From Bacteroidota bacterium (GTDB lineage Bacteria; Bacteroidota; Bacteroidia; Bacteroidales; DTGW01), in contig JAIFLP010000101.1 in the NCBI GenBank assembly GCA_020049015.1, forward strand, positions 1 to 41,476: a DNA stretch of 41,476 bases, given 5' to 3'. Below the pieces are notes generated by a model. It was given only the letters and a program-made list of their open reading frames with translations, made no database searches and was not told the DNA's origin. Each line of letters begins with the position of its first letter. Position 1 is the first letter of the stretch. A program made the translations under genes and the position numbers. Positions 18,901 to 29,416 of this stretch are shown piece after piece.

Positions 18901-20209
18901 GGTTTAACAATACAGGATGTCCTTTTAGGATGTTTTCCAGAATATCCCAAATAACAGGTTCTTTTCTGTCAACAATTTTTTTAGCAGATTTAACTGTTTT
19001 TACAATACCTCTTTCAATTAACTTGCGAATTACAAAAGGTTTGTATAATTCAGCTGCCATATCCTTAGGCAAACCACATTCATGAAGTTTTAATTCAGGT
19101 CCAACGACAATTACCGAACGGGCTGAGTAGTCTACACGTTTACCCAAAAGGTTTTGACGAAACCTACCTTGTTTTCCTTTTAAGCTATCGCTTAATGATT
19201 TAAGAGGGCGGTTTGCTTCAGTTTTTACAGCACTTGATTTTCTTGAATTATCGAATAATGAATCAACGGCTTCTTGCAGCATACGTTTTTCATTACGTAA
19301 AATAACATCAGGAGCTTTAATTTCAATCAATCGTTTTAAACGGTTGTTGCGAATAATAACCCTGCGATAAAGATCATTTAGGTCAGATGTTGCAAACCTA
19401 CCACCATCAAGGGGTACAAGAGGTCTTAATTCAGGTGGAATTACAGGTACCACCTTGGTAATCATCCATTCAGCCTTGTTTACATTTTTTGATTCACGGA
19501 AAGCTTCAACTACCTGCAAACGTTTTAGTGCATCGTTTTTACGTTGTTGAGACGTTTCGGTGTTAGCTTTATGGCGTAAATCGAAAGACAATGAGTCTAA
19601 TTCAATTCTCTCTAGTAATAAATATAAGGCTTCACCACCCATGCGGGCAATAAACTTATTAGGATCTTTATCATCTAAAAGTTGATTTTCCTTAGGAAGA
19701 CTATCTAGAATTGCAAGGTATTCTTCTTCGGTAAGTAAATCGAAAGAATTAATACCATCAGGTTTTTTAATACCTGGATTAACTACAATGTAACGTTCGT
19801 AATAAATTATAGAATCTAGTTTTTTTGATGGAATACCTAGCAAATAACCAATTTTATTCGGATTTGATCTGAAGTACCAAATATGAGCCACAGGAACAAC
19901 TAAAGAAATATGTCCCATTCTTTCGCGGCGTACCTTTTTTTCAGTTACTTCAACCCCGCATCGGTCACAAACAATACCTTTGTAGCGAATACGCTTGTAT
20001 TTACCGCAATGACATTCATAATCTTTCACAGGACCAAATATTCTTTCACAAAACAAACCATCCCGTTCAGGTTTATATGTCCTATAGTTGATTGTTTCAG
20101 GCTTTAACACTTCACCGCTAGAGCGCTCAAGTATTTCTTCAGGAGAAGCCAATCCTATGGTGATTTTTGTAAAGCTGCTTTTTGTTTTATTATCTTTTCT
20201 GAATGACAT
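15914..20209 (-). CDS. rpoC: RNA polymerase beta' subunit
   Basis: [11 protein letters not shown] catalytic motif, N-terminal Zn finger, 1431 aa. Confidence 0.99.
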   Translation of the reverse strand: MSFRKDNKTKSSFTKITIGLASPEEILERSSGEVLKPETINYRTYKPERDGLFCERIFGPVKDYECHCGKYKRIRYKGIVCDRCGVEVTEKKVRRERMGHISLVVPVAHIWYFRSNPNKIGYLLGIPSKKLDSIIYYERYIVVNPGIKKPDGINSFDLLTEEEYLAILDSLPKENQLLDDKDPNKFIARMGGEALYLLLERIELDSLSFDLRHKANTETSQQRKNDALKRLQVVEAFRESKNVNKAEWMITKVVPVIPPELRPLVPLDGGRFATSDLNDLYRRVIIRNNRLKRLIEIKAPDVILRNEKRMLQEAVDSLFDNSRKSSAVKTEANRPLKSLSDSLKGKQGRFRQNLLGKRVDYSARSVIVVGPELKLHECGLPKDMAAELYKPFVIRKLIERGIVKTVKSAKKIVDRKEPVIWDILENILKGHPVLLNRAPTLHRLGIQAFQPKLIEGKAIQLHPLVCTAFNADFDGDQMAVHLPLGNAAILEAQLLMLAAHNILNPANGAPITVPSQDMVLGLYYITKMRRSTPEKIVKGEGMIFYSAEEVKIAYNEKKADLHAIIKVRWFENSTLPSKDKLIETTVGRVLFNEFVPEEVGYINEVLTKKSLRDIIGNVLKKAGTSRTAKFLDDIKNLGYMMAFKGGLSFNLDDVIIPAEKNTLVEEGYQQVEEVMNNYNMGFITNNERYNQIIDIWTHTNARLTQILLKQISTDNQGFNPVYMMLDSGARGSKEQIRQLSGMRGLMAKPQKSGASTSEIIENPILSNFKEGLSVLEYFISTHGARKGLADTALKTADAGYLTRRLVDVAQDVIINEVDCGTLRGLVATAIKNNEEVIESLYDKILGRTTVHDIFHPTTGKIIITAGEEITEEIGKIIDDSPIEQVEIRSVLTCESKKGVCSKCYGRNLATGRMVQNGEAVGVIAAQSIGEPGTQLTLRTFHVGGTASNVTSETNLVARYDGVAEIEELRVVTKKDKDGESQIVIGRMGELRILDKNTGIVLTTQHVPYGSKLYIKNGEEVAKGKLICEWDPYNAVIISETSGKIGFESITEGVTYREESDEQTGYKEKVITESRDKSKNPVIKIMDDKKETLKLYNLPVGAHIVVEEGEKAEAGQILVKIPRAVGKTGDITGGLPRVTELFEARNPSNPAVVSEIDGEVSFGKVKRGNREIIIKSKTDELKKYLVPLSRQILVQENDYVKAGTPLSDGATTPADILAIKGPTKVQEYIVNEVQEVYRLQGVKINDKHFEVIVRQMMRKVEIVDPGDTKFLEKQIIDKWEFMEENDWIYGKKVVFDSGDSTLFKAGQIITARKLRDENSALRRKDLKPIESRDAIPATGSQILQGITRAALQTKSFMSAASFQETTKVLNEAAVWGKTDNLEGLKENVIVGHLIPAGTGSREYNNIIVGSMEEYDKLVNVKAEDMEMVEEQD

Positions 20210-20229
20210 ATCAATTTTTTTAAGTGTTA

Positions 20230-20256
20230 ATGGATGGGACTATACATCCCATCCAT
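20230..20256. repeat. Stem-loop between rpoB and rpoC
   Basis: ATGGATGGGA-ctataca-TCCCATCCAT perfect 10-bp inverted repeat with no strong U tract. Confidence 0.7.
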
Positions 20257-20262
20257 AAATCA

Positions 20263-23200
20263 TTAAACCAAGTTAATACTTAATCCCAAACCACGTAATT
20301 CATGTAATAATACATTCAGTGATTCTGGAATACCGGGGCTAGGCATTGGCTCACCCTTAACGATTGATTCGTAAGCTTTAGCTCTACCTGCAACATCATC
20401 TGATTTGATGGTGAGTATTTCCTGAAGAATATTGGAAGCACCGAAAGCTTCGAGTGCCCAAACCTCCATTTCACCAAAACGTTGACCCCCAAATTGAGCC
20501 TTACCGCCTAATGGCTGTTGTGTGATCAGAGAGTATGGACCAATGGAACGAGCATGCATCTTATCATCAACCATGTGACCAAGTTTCATCATGTATATGA
20601 TTCCTACGGTTGCAGGTTGGTCAAATTTATCGCCTGTATTACCATCAATCAAGTAAGTTTTCCCAAATTTAGGTACGCCTGCTTTTTCGGTATATTCAGT
20701 TATTTGTTCTAGCGTGGCTCCATCGAAAATAGGGGTAGCAAATTTTACTCCTAGTTTTTCTCCTGCCCAAGCTAATACGGTTTCGTAAATCTGTCCAAGG
20801 TTCATACGCGAAGGTACACCCAATGGGTTCAGAACTATATCTACAGGAGTACCATCGTCTAAGAAAGGCATATCTTCATCGCGGACAATTCTGGCAACAA
20901 TACCTTTATTACCATGTCGACCGGCCATTTTATCACCTACCTTAATTTTACGTTTTTTTGCGATATATACCTTAGCTAATTTCACTATACCTGCAGGTAG
21001 TTCATCTCCAATAGTGAGGTTATATTTCTTACGTTTAAAAACACCATCTATGTCCTTAAATTTTAACAGATAATTATTAAATAATTCTTTTATCAAATCA
21101 TTTTTATCTTTATCTGTTGTCCATTTATTAGGATTGATATTCATGAAATCAAGATCCTGTAAAGATTTTTGAGTGAATTTGGCTCCTTTTGCTATGATGT
21201 CTTTGTTGTAATAATCTTTAACACCTTGTGAGGTTTTGCCATTTACCAAAGTAAACAGTTTTTCAGCCATTTGCTCGTTTATCGCTGTTAATTGAAGAGT
21301 AAATTCTTCGTCAATTTTGGCCAGGATATTTTTTTCGTTAACCCTTGTTTTCTTTAAATCTTTAACAGTTTTGGAGAAAAGAACTTTATTAATTACTACA
21401 CCTTCAAGTGAAGGAGAAGCCTTTAATGAAGCGTCTTTTACATCACCTGCTTTGTCACCAAAGATAGCTCTCAATAGTTTTTCTTCTGGAGAAGGATCTG
21501 ATTCCCCTTTTGGTGTAATTTTACCTATTAGGATATCACCAGGTTGAACATGAGCACCTACTCGAATAAGTCCGTTTTCATCCAAATTTTTAGTAGCTTC
21601 TTCACTTACATTAGGTATGTCAGCAGTTAGTTCTTCTAAACCTCTTTTGGTGTCTCTAACTTCAAGCATATACTCATCTATATGAATAGACGTAAATATA
21701 TCCTCTCTAACAACTCTTTCCGAAAGAACAATAGCATCCTCAAAGTTATAACCCTTCCAAGGCATAAACGCAACTTTCAGGTTTCTACCTAAAGCCAATT
21801 CTCCTTTTTGAGTTGAATATCCTTCAGAAATAATTTGTCCTTTAACAATTTTATCACCTTTTTTAACAAAAGGACGCATGTTTAAGCAAGTGCTTTGATT
21901 GGTTTTTTGGAATTTAGGAACCGGATATTTTTTTACAGGTTCGTTGAAGCTTAGGAATTTTTGTTCCTCATTCATTTCATAACGAATGGTTATTTCGCGG
22001 GCATCAACAGATTCTACAGTACCATTTCCTTCAGCAAGAATAAGTAAACGAGAGTCATTTACCACCTGATGTTCAATACCAGTACCAACAATAGGTGCTT
22101 CAGGTACTAAAAGTGGAACAGCCTGACGCATCATGTTTGATCCCATAAGGGCACGGTTTGCATCATCATGTTCAAGGAAAGGAATTAAAGATGCAGCTAT
22201 AGAGGCAATCTGATTAGGTGCAACGTCCATCAGGTTAACATTTTCAGCAGGTTCATTAGGGAAATCACCATTGAATCTAGATTTTACTCTACTTTCAGTG
22301 AATGCTCCATCGTCTTGAATCTGAGCGTTAGCCTGTGCTATTACTTTTTCTTCTTCTTCTTCAGCGCTTAAGTATATAATTCCTTTATCAGTTAAATCTA
22401 CTTTCCCTGTTTCTACTTTCCTGTAAGGGGTTTCGATAAAACCTAATGGATTAATTTTAGAGTACACGCAAAGAGAAGAGATCAGACCAATATTAGGACC
22501 TTCAGGGGTTTCGATAGGACAAAGTCTACCATAATGGGTAAAGTGAACGTCACGAACCTCAAAACCTGCTCTATCACGAGAAAGACCTCCCGGACCTAAA
22601 GCCGATACTCTTCGTTTATGGGTCATTTCCGATAGCGGATTGGTTTGATCCATAAACTGAGAAAGCTGGTTGGTACCAAAGAATGAGTTTATAACCGAAG
22701 AAAGAGTTTTTGCATTGATAAGATCGATAGGAGTAAATACCTCATTGTCCCTAACATTCATTCTTTCTCTTATGGTTCTTGCCATACGGGCTAAGCCAAC
22801 ACCAAATTGATTAGCAAGTTGTTCACCTACTGTTCTTACCCTACGATTGCTTAAGTGGTCAATATCGTCAACATCAGTTTTCGAATTGATCAGTTCAATA
22901 AGGTATTTGATGATACTAATAATATCTTCTTTAGTTAAAACCTTAGTTTCTGCAGCGATATTAAGTCCCAATTTTTTATTGATTCTGTAACGTCCAACAT
23001 CCCCAAGATCGTATCGTTTGTCAGAGAAAAACAATTTATCGATAACGTCTCTAGCGGTAGATTCATCGGGTGGTTCAGAATTTCTTAATTGTCGGTATAT
23101 ATGTAATACAGCTTCTTTCTCTGAGTTACAGGGGTCTTTATGAAGCGTATTATAAATAATTTCATAATCAGAATGGTTGTGGTTTTCTTTATGAAGCAGG

Positions 23201-24075
23201 ATGGTATTAACACCTGAATCGATAATTAGATCCACATGATCATTTTCAAGTACTGTTTCTCGATCGATAAGTACTTCGTTTCTTTCGATAGAAACAACTT
23301 CACCGGTATCTTCATCCACGAAGTCCTCAATCCATGATTTAAGAACCCTAGCAGCTAATTTGCGACCGACTAATTTCTTCAGTGCAGTTTTAGAAACCTT
23401 AATTTCATCAGCAAGGTCGAAAATTTCGAGGATATTTTTATCATTTTCGTAGCCAATAGCTCTTAACAAAGTTGTTACTGGAAGTTTTTTCTTACGGTCG
23501 ATATAGGCATACATAACATTGTTAATGTCTGTAGCAAATTCTATCCATGATCCTTTGAAAGGAATAATTCGGGCTGAATAGAGTTTGGTTCCATTGGTAT
23601 GTATGCTTTGACCGAAGAATACGCCTGGAGAGCGGTGTAATTGGGAAACGATAACACGTTCTGCACCATTAATTACAAAGGTACCCCTTGGGGTCATGTA
23701 AGGAATAACACCGAGGTAAACATCTTGAATAATTGTTTCAAAATCTTCGTGCTCCGGATCGGTGCAATAAAGTTTTAGTTTTGCTTTTAGCGGTACGCTA
23801 AAAGTTAATCCCCTAGCGATGCACTCTTCGATAGAATATCTTGGAGGATCAACATAATAATCCAGGAATTCTAACACGAAGTTATTCCTGGTATCCGAAA
23901 TAGGGAAATTTTCGGAAAATACTTTATACAAACCTTCTGTTCTCCTGTTTTCGGGATTAGTTTCCAATTGAAAGAAATCAGTGAACGACTTCAATTGGAT
24001 TTCGAGGAAGTCAGGATATTCAAGTTGGTTTTTAGTAGATGCGAAACTTATTCGCTGATTTTTTATTGAAGCCAT
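20263..24075 (-). CDS. rpoB: RNA polymerase beta subunit
   Basis: [28 protein letters not shown] and GGQRFGEME. Confidence 0.99.
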   Translation of the reverse strand: MASIKNQRISFASTKNQLEYPDFLEIQLKSFTDFFQLETNPENRRTEGLYKVFSENFPISDTRNNFVLEFLDYYVDPPRYSIEECIARGLTFSVPLKAKLKLYCTDPEHEDFETIIQDVYLGVIPYMTPRGTFVINGAERVIVSQLHRSPGVFFGQSIHTNGTKLYSARIIPFKGSWIEFATDINNVMYAYIDRKKKLPVTTLLRAIGYENDKNILEIFDLADEIKVSKTALKKLVGRKLAARVLKSWIEDFVDEDTGEVVSIERNEVLIDRETVLENDHVDLIIDSGVNTILLHKENHNHSDYEIIYNTLHKDPCNSEKEAVLHIYRQLRNSEPPDESTARDVIDKLFFSDKRYDLGDVGRYRINKKLGLNIAAETKVLTKEDIISIIKYLIELINSKTDVDDIDHLSNRRVRTVGEQLANQFGVGLARMARTIRERMNVRDNEVFTPIDLINAKTLSSVINSFFGTNQLSQFMDQTNPLSEMTHKRRVSALGPGGLSRDRAGFEVRDVHFTHYGRLCPIETPEGPNIGLISSLCVYSKINPLGFIETPYRKVETGKVDLTDKGIIYLSAEEEEEKVIAQANAQIQDDGAFTESRVKSRFNGDFPNEPAENVNLMDVAPNQIASIAASLIPFLEHDDANRALMGSNMMRQAVPLLVPEAPIVGTGIEHQVVNDSRLLILAEGNGTVESVDAREITIRYEMNEEQKFLSFNEPVKKYPVPKFQKTNQSTCLNMRPFVKKGDKIVKGQIISEGYSTQKGELALGRNLKVAFMPWKGYNFEDAIVLSERVVREDIFTSIHIDEYMLEVRDTKRGLEELTADIPNVSEEATKNLDENGLIRVGAHVQPGDILIGKITPKGESDPSPEEKLLRAIFGDKAGDVKDASLKASPSLEGVVINKVLFSKTVKDLKKTRVNEKNILAKIDEEFTLQLTAINEQMAEKLFTLVNGKTSQGVKDYYNKDIIAKGAKFTQKSLQDLDFMNINPNKWTTDKDKNDLIKELFNNYLLKFKDIDGVFKRKKYNLTIGDELPAGIVKLAKVYIAKKRKIKVGDKMAGRHGNKGIVARIVRDEDMPFLDDGTPVDIVLNPLGVPSRMNLGQIYETVLAWAGEKLGVKFATPIFDGATLEQITEYTEKAGVPKFGKTYLIDGNTGDKFDQPATVGIIYMMKLGHMVDDKMHARSIGPYSLITQQPLGGKAQFGGQRFGEMEVWALEAFGASNILQEILTIKSDDVAGRAKAYESIVKGEPMPSPGIPESLNVLLHELRGLGLSINLV

Positions 24076-24115
24076 GAAAGCAATTAATTAGTTGAACTTA
24101 ACAAAACGACAAACA

Positions 24116-24153
24116 AGGATAAGGGTACCCTGTTATACAGTTACCCTTATCCT
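24116..24153 (-). terminator. Attenuator/terminator hairpin between rplL and rpoB
   Basis: AGGATAAGGGTA...TACCCTTATCCT inverted repeat followed by a U-rich tract on the minus strand, in the same position as the rplL-rpoB attenuator. Confidence 0.75.
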
Positions 24154-24176
24154 AAAACAAATTTTGTTTGCGCTGA

Positions 24177-24557
24177 TTATTTAAGTTCAACTTCAGCTCC
24201 TGCTTCTTCTAACTTAGCTTTTAATGATTCAGCTTCTTCTTTAGACACACCTTCTTTGATAGGTTTTGGGCAAGCATCTACAAGTTCTTTAGCTTCTTTT
24301 AAGCCAAGACCTGTTAAGTCTTTTACAACTTTAACAACTTGTAATTTAGCTGCACCAGCATTTTTCATAACAACATCAAATGTGGTTTTTTCAGGTGCAG
24401 CAGCGCCAGCACCGGCACCAGCAGCAGGACCAGCAACTGCAACAGCTGCAGCAGCAGGTTCAATACCATATTCATCTTTAAGAATTTTTGCAAGTTCATT
24501 TACTTCTTTTACAGACAAGCTCACTAATTGTTCTGCAAACGCCTTTAAATCTGCCAT
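24177..24557 (-). CDS. rplL: 50S ribosomal protein L7/L12
   Basis: Ala-rich hinge and [24 protein letters not shown]. Confidence 0.99.
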   Translation of the reverse strand: MADLKAFAEQLVSLSVKEVNELAKILKDEYGIEPAAAAVAVAGPAAGAGAGAAAPEKTTFDVVMKNAGAAKLQVVKVVKDLTGLGLKEAKELVDACPKPIKEGVSKEEAESLKAKLEEAGAEVELK

Positions 24558-24594
24558 TTCAAATAATTTTAAAAGGTTATTTTAATACTAATAT

Positions 24595-25113
24595 TTATTC
24601 TTTTTTTTCTGATAAAGTTTTAACAATTCCAGCAAGTTTATTGCCACCCGATTGTAATTGGGAAACAACTGTTTTTGCAGGAGATTGTAACAGTGCTATA
24701 ATATCGCCAATCAACTCATCTTTTGATTTCAGACTAGCTAAAGCTTCAACCTGATCGCCAATGTATACAGATTCCTCAACGAAAGCTGCTTTAACAATGG
24801 GTTTGTCTTTGGTTTTTCTGATTTCTTGGATAAGACGTGCCGGAGAATTAGCTATTTCGGTAAGCATTAAAGAAGTACTTTGTGTTAACACTGGGTACAA
24901 TTCTTCATAGTTACCATCAAGCTTTTCTAAAGCCTTGCGTAAGAGTGTATTCTTAGTAACAATCAATTTGATATTACCATCGAAGCATTTCCTTCTTAAT
25001 TTACTGGTATCATCTGCATTTAATGCTGATATATCAGTAATATAGAAGTGTTTACTACCTTTAAGTTGCGTAACTAAATGGTCAATTATCGCGTTTTTTT
25101 CTTCTAACTTCAT
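24595..25113 (-). CDS. rplJ: 50S ribosomal protein L10
   Basis: LRRKC...KNTLLRKA motif and position between rplA and rplL. Confidence 0.97.
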   Translation of the reverse strand: MKLEEKNAIIDHLVTQLKGSKHFYITDISALNADDTSKLRRKCFDGNIKLIVTKNTLLRKALEKLDGNYEELYPVLTQSTSLMLTEIANSPARLIQEIRKTKDKPIVKAAFVEESVYIGDQVEALASLKSKDELIGDIIALLQSPAKTVVSQLQSGGNKLAGIVKTLSEKKE

Positions 25114-25135
25114 AATTCACTTATTATCGATTTAA

Positions 25136-25831
25136 TTACTCAACCATAGTTTTGGTGTCAATTCTTAAGCCTGGGCTCATGGTAGTAGAAAGATAAACAC
25201 TTTTTACGTAAGTACCTTTAGAGGCAGAAGGCTTTAACTTCAGGATTGTATTGATAAATTCCCTGGTATTTTCTGAAATCATATCTGAAGAGAAAGAAAT
25301 TTTTCCTACAGAGCTGTGAACGATACCAAATTTATCAACCTTGAAATCAATTTTACCCGCTTTTACTTCTTTAACAGCATTTCCAATATCCATAGTAACA
25401 GTACCGCTTTTAGGATTGGGCATTAAACCACGGGGACCAAGCACCCTACCGAGAGGGCCAAGTTTTCCCATAACAGAAGGCATAGTGATAATAACATCAA
25501 TATCCGTCCATCCACCCTTAATTTTCTCGATGTATTCATCGAGGCCTACAAAATCAGCGCCTGCTGCTTTTGCTTCGGCTTCTTTTTCAGGGCTGCACAA
25601 TACTAAAACCCTAACCTGCTTACCTGTCCCATTGGGAAGTGTCACAACGCCACGAACCATTTGATTGGCTTTTCTGGGGTCAACACCCAAACGAACGTCC
25701 ACATCAACTGATGCATCAAATTTTGTAAAAGTTACCTCTTTCAAAAGTGATGCTGCTTCATTCAATGTGTAAGCTTTCTCGGGATCAACTTTCGAGTTGG
25801 CCAATTTTCTGTTTTTTGTTAATTTACTCAT
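25136..25831 (-). CDS. rplA: 50S ribosomal protein L1
   Basis: [23 protein letters not shown] and STTMSPG. Confidence 0.99.
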   Translation of the reverse strand: MSKLTKNRKLANSKVDPEKAYTLNEAASLLKEVTFTKFDASVDVDVRLGVDPRKANQMVRGVVTLPNGTGKQVRVLVLCSPEKEAEAKAAGADFVGLDEYIEKIKGGWTDIDVIITMPSVMGKLGPLGRVLGPRGLMPNPKSGTVTMDIGNAVKEVKAGKIDFKVDKFGIVHSSVGKISFSSDMISENTREFINTILKLKPSASKGTYVKSVYLSTTMSPGLRIDTKTMVE

Positions 25832-25855
25832 TTTGTATAAGCAGAATTTTAATGA

Positions 25856-26296
25856 TTAAAACTGGGGGGCTTCACCCGTAACGGATATGCCCATACTTCT
25901 GGCTGTTCCTGCAACCATACTGGCAGCAGATTTCAACGTAAAACAATTAAGGTCGCTCATTTTATCTTGAGCAATTTGCGTAACCTGATCCCAGGTAACA
26001 GCGCCTACTTTGTTTCTGTTGGGTTCAGCCGAACCACCTTTAACTTTAGATGCTTCAATAAGTTGTACGGGCACGGGTGGAGTTTTTGTAATAAAATCAA
26101 ACGATTTATCAGAATAAACCGTGATAATTACAGGGATAACTTTTCCTGCCTTATCTTGGGTTCTTGCATTGAATTGTTTGCAAAACTCCATGATATTTAC
26201 ACCTTTAGAACCTAAAGCCGGACCTACGGGAGGTGAAGGGTTCGCTGCACCACCTTTAATTTGTAATTTAATTTGTCCTGAGACTTCTTTTGCCAT
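25856..26296 (-). CDS. rplK: 50S ribosomal protein L11
   Basis: [27 protein letters not shown] and GTARSMG. Confidence 0.99.
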   Translation of the reverse strand: MAKEVSGQIKLQIKGGAANPSPPVGPALGSKGVNIMEFCKQFNARTQDKAGKVIPVIITVYSDKSFDFITKTPPVPVQLIEASKVKGGSAEPNRNKVGAVTWDQVTQIAQDKMSDLNCFTLKSAASMVAGTARSMGISVTGEAPQF

Positions 26297-26312
26297 ATTA
26301 CATCTATTTAAG

Positions 26313-26365
26313 CGGCATTTTTATTGGTCAGGAAGCATTTAAAATGTTGACTTCTAAAAATACCG
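26313..26365 (-). promoter_or_regulatory. Structured RNA leader upstream of rplK (candidate r-protein autoregulatory element)
   Basis: On the minus strand CGGUAUUUUUA pairs with UAAAAAUGCCG (11 bp, one G-U), enclosing GUCA/UGAC and CAUUU/AAAUG inner pairings. Confidence 0.55.
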
Positions 26366-26375
26366 GCGGTTTCTA

Positions 26376-26921
26376 TTATTCTTTTTCTACTTGCATAAAG
26401 CTTAACTCAAGTGGTGTTTTTCTACCGAAAATTTTAACCATAACTTTGAGTTTCTTTTTCTCTTCATTTATTTCTTCTATCACACCAGAAAAACCATTGA
26501 ATGGTCCGTCAATTACTTTAACGGGTTCTGCTATGATAAACGGAGTGAGCATTTCTTCACCTTTATCGGCCAGTTCATCCACTTTGCCAAGTAATCGGTT
26601 TATTTCTGATTGTCGTAACGGTGTAGGCTCATTACCTTTTGAACCTAAAAATCCAATTACATTAGGTATGTTTTTGAGCATGTGAGGTATTTCCCCAATC
26701 AATGCTGCTTCAACCAAAACATAGCCCGGAAAAAATATCCGTTCTTTGCTGATTTTTTTACCATTTCGAACCTGATATATCTTTTCAGTAGGTATCAGCA
26801 CTTGGGCGATATACTCTTCCAATTTTTGGCTCTTTACCTCGAAATCGATGTACTCTTTTACTTTTTTTTCTTTTCCACCAATAGCCCGGACAACATACCA
26901 TTTTTTTTCCAATTCTGCCAT
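26376..26921 (-). CDS. nusG: Transcription termination/antitermination factor NusG
   Basis: WYVV, FFPGYVLVE, KOW motif VIDGPFNGFSG and IFGRKTPLEL. Confidence 0.98.
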   Translation of the reverse strand: MAELEKKWYVVRAIGGKEKKVKEYIDFEVKSQKLEEYIAQVLIPTEKIYQVRNGKKISKERIFFPGYVLVEAALIGEIPHMLKNIPNVIGFLGSKGNEPTPLRQSEINRLLGKVDELADKGEEMLTPFIIAEPVKVIDGPFNGFSGVIEEINEEKKKLKVMVKIFGRKTPLELSFMQVEKE

Positions 26922-26935
26922 TTTAGCTTATAATA

Positions 26936-27124
26936 TTAAACTATACTATACAACAACTTAATAAGCTGCTCGAAAGAAAAATCCATTGCAAAAATCAGCA
27001 GTGAAAATATCACAGAAGCAATCATAACAACCATTGCGCTACTTTGCAGTTCAGACCAAGTAGGCCATGATACTTTGTGTAGCAGTTCGTTATATGTTTC
27101 TTTAAAATAATTAACTATTTTCAT
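26936..27124 (-). CDS. secE: Preprotein translocase subunit SecE
   Basis: ELLHKVSWPTWSEL motif plus one TM helix. The start was moved to the ATG at 27124 because the longer ORF overlaps tRNA-Trp. Confidence 0.95.
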   Translation of the reverse strand: MKIVNYFKETYNELLHKVSWPTWSELQSSAMVVMIASVIFSLLIFAMDFSFEQLIKLLYSIV

Positions 27125-27139
27125 ATAAATTTTAAATTG

Positions 27140-27212
27140 CACGGGAGGAGCGACTCGAACGCCCGACACTCGGTTTTGGAGACCGATGCTCTACCAACTG
27201 AGCTACACCCGT
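27140..27212 (-). tRNA. tRNA-Trp (CCA)
   Basis: ACGGGTGTAGCTCAGTTGGTAGAGCATCGGTCT-CCA-AAACCGA...GTTCGAGT cloverleaf; CCA end not encoded. Confidence 0.96.
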
Positions 27213-27224
27213 ATTTATAAACAC

Positions 27225-27259
27225 TTAAATGAGGAGCATGAATCCATGCCCTCATTTAA
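27225..27259 (-). terminator. Stem-loop downstream of tuf (terminator or processing site)
   Basis: TTAAATGAGG(a)GCATG-aatc-CATGCCCTCATTTAA inverted repeat. Confidence 0.65.
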
Positions 27260-27280
27260 TGTATTTATTAATCAATTGTA

Positions 27281-28465
27281 TTAATCCATAATTTCAATTA
27301 CCTGACCAGCACCAACGGTTCTGCCACCTTCGCGAATCGCGAAACGAAGACCTTTGTTGATTGCAACAGGATAAATAAGTTTCACAGTGATGGTTACGTT
27401 ATCACCAGGCATTACCATTTCACGACCTTCAGGTAACTGAATTTCTCCAGTAACGTCTAATGTACGTAAGTAGAACTGTGGTCTGTAGTTATTGTGGAAA
27501 GGAGTGTGGCGACCGCCTTCTTCTTTCTTCAACACGTAAACTTCAGCTTTAAATGTTGTGTGAGGAGTTATACTACCTGGTTTGGCAATTACCATACCTC
27601 TTTTGATATCTTCCTTATCAACACCACGTAATAATAAACCTACGTTATCACCAGCTTCACCTGTATCTAAAATTTTACGGAACATTTCAACACCTGTAAC
27701 AACAGCTTTTTTGTCTTGTCCTAAACCTATGATTTGAATTTCTTCACTTGTTTTTACAACACCTGTTTCAATTCTACCTGTAGCTACTGTACCACGACCT
27801 GTAATAGAGAATACATCTTCAACAGGCATTAAGAATGGTTTTTCAACTTCACGAGGAGGAATTGGAATAAATGTATCAACAGCTTCCATCAGTTCCATGA
27901 TTTTAGGTTCCCATTTAGCGTCACCATTAAGACCACCTAGAGCAGAACCACGAATAACAGGAGCTTTATCTCCATCAAAACCGTAGAATGTCAATAATTC
28001 ACGTACTTCCATTTCAACTAGGTCAAGCATTTCTGCATCTTCAACCAAGTCAACTTTGTTCATGAAAACAACAATCTTAGGAACGTTTACCTGACGAGCT
28101 AATAGGATGTGTTCTCTGGTTTGAGGCATAGGACCATCGGTAGCAGCAACTACAATGATTGCGCCGTCCATCTGTGCAGCACCAGTAACCATGTTTTTAA
28201 CATAGTCAGCGTGACCAGGACAGTCAACGTGAGCATAGTGACGATTTGCTGTTGAGTATTCAACATGCGCAGTATTGATAGTAATACCTCTTTCTTTTTC
28301 TTCAGGAGCGTTATCGATTGAATCGAAAGAACGTATTTCTGAAAGACCTGCTTTTGCAAGAACAGTAGTGATAGCCGCGGTTAATGTAGTTTTACCGTGG
28401 TCAACGTGACCGATAGTCCCGATATTTACGTGAGGTTTCGATCTGTCAAATTTTTCTTTAGCCAT
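27281..28465 (-). CDS. tuf: Elongation factor Tu
   Basis: [21 protein letters not shown] and NKVD, 394 aa. Confidence 0.99.
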   Translation of the reverse strand: MAKEKFDRSKPHVNIGTIGHVDHGKTTLTAAITTVLAKAGLSEIRSFDSIDNAPEEKERGITINTAHVEYSTANRHYAHVDCPGHADYVKNMVTGAAQMDGAIIVVAATDGPMPQTREHILLARQVNVPKIVVFMNKVDLVEDAEMLDLVEMEVRELLTFYGFDGDKAPVIRGSALGGLNGDAKWEPKIMELMEAVDTFIPIPPREVEKPFLMPVEDVFSITGRGTVATGRIETGVVKTSEEIQIIGLGQDKKAVVTGVEMFRKILDTGEAGDNVGLLLRGVDKEDIKRGMVIAKPGSITPHTTFKAEVYVLKKEEGGRHTPFHNNYRPQFYLRTLDVTGEIQLPEGREMVMPGDNVTITVKLIYPVAINKGLRFAIREGGRTVGAGQVIEIMD

Positions 28466-28531
28466 AATTCAGATATGTTTTATTTGATAAATATTTATTT
28501 TAAAATTATTAACACTTTAAAGTCTAAAGAG

Positions 28532-28603
28532 AGCCAATGATGGGAATTGAACCCATGACCCCTTCCTTACCAAGGAAGTGCTCTACCTCTGAGCTACATC
28601 GGC
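28532..28603 (-). tRNA. tRNA-Thr (GGT)
   Basis: GCCGATGTAGCTCAGAGGTAGAGCACTTCCTT-GGT-AAGGAAG...GGTTCAATTCC. Confidence 0.96.
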
Positions 28604-28691
28604 TTGCTAAAGCCTTTTGTACCTTTGCTTTTCCAATTCTCAAAGGGGACGCAGAAGGATCTCAAAAGCCCTCTAATCTTTTTCGTATAAG

Positions 28692-28764
28692 AGCGGGAGA
28701 CGAGACTCGAACCCGCGACCCTGACCTTGGAAGGGTCATGCTCTACCAACTGAGCTACTCCCGC
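28692..28764 (-). tRNA. tRNA-Gly (TCC)
   Basis: GCGGGAGTAGCTCAGTTGGTAGAGCATGACCCT-TCC-AAGGTCA...GGTTCGAGTC. Confidence 0.96.
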
Positions 28765-28783
28765 GTGATATATTGAGCCATAG

Positions 28784-28866
28784 TGGGGAAAGGAGGATTC
28801 GAACCTCCGAAGTCATAAGACAACAGATTTACAGTCTGCCCCAGTTGGCCGCTTTGGTATTTCCCC
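28784..28866 (-). tRNA. tRNA-Tyr (GTA)
   Basis: GGGGAAATACCAAAGCGGCCAACTGGGGCAGACT-GTA-AATCTG with long variable arm and GGTTCGAATCC. Confidence 0.96.
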
Positions 28867-28921
28867 ATAACCAACATATCATCACAAATACCGCACTTAT
28901 ACTAAAAGTTTAAGCAACATG

Positions 28922-28994
28922 AGCCGAAGAAGGGACTCGAACCCCCGACCAGCTGATTACAAATCAGCTGCTCTACCAGCTGAGCTACTTCGGC
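28922..28994 (-). tRNA. tRNA-Thr (TGT)
   Basis: GCCGAAGTAGCTCAGCTGGTAGAGCAGCTGATT-TGT-AATCAGC...GGTTCGAGTCC. Confidence 0.96.
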
Positions 28995-29031
28995 AATAAT
29001 CAAAGAACGAATACCGAAAAATTTCGGACTG

Positions 29032-29039
29032 CAAATGTA
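29032..29039 (-). promoter_or_regulatory. -7 promoter element (TACATTTG) of the tRNA-tuf operon
   Basis: TAnnTTTG consensus about 38 nt upstream of tRNA-Thr(TGT). Confidence 0.7.
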
Positions 29040-29091
29040 GAGTTTTTTATTAATTAAACAACAAAAATTAACTTTTTTTTAGTATTTAAGG

Positions 29092-29391
29092 TTATTTCCC
29101 TTTAAGTTTTTCTTTGTGTTTCTCTAATTGCTTTTTCAAAGCATCAATGGCATCGTCGACTGCTTCTTCAAAACTCTTAGCATTTTTTTTCGCAAAGTTG
29201 TCAGAACCAGGCACTTCTAGTCTTATTTCCGCCAATTTATTTTCGGCTTTTTCATCTTTTTCTAATTTTAAGGTTACCTCAGCGCCTATGATACCTTCAT
29301 AAAACTGAGACACTTTCTCTATTTTTTTATTGATGAACTCAATAAGTTTTTTGTCTGCATCAAAATGCACCGAATTGATTTTTATCTTCAT
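29092..29391 (-). CDS. hpf: Ribosome hibernation promoting factor / RaiA
   Basis: I.SVHF.AD.KL, NK.AEIRLEVPG and SFEEAVD.A, in the conserved position. Confidence 0.9.
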   Translation of the reverse strand: MKIKINSVHFDADKKLIEFINKKIEKVSQFYEGIIGAEVTLKLEKDEKAENKLAEIRLEVPGSDNFAKKNAKSFEEAVDDAIDALKKQLEKHKEKLKGK

Positions 29392-29416
29392 TGCTTTATA
29401 TTTTATTTCATTTATT

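Noticed and set aside
27125-27169. N-terminal extension of SecE in the ORF track
   Set aside because: It overlaps tRNA-Trp; the ATG at 27124 gives a normal 62-aa SecE.
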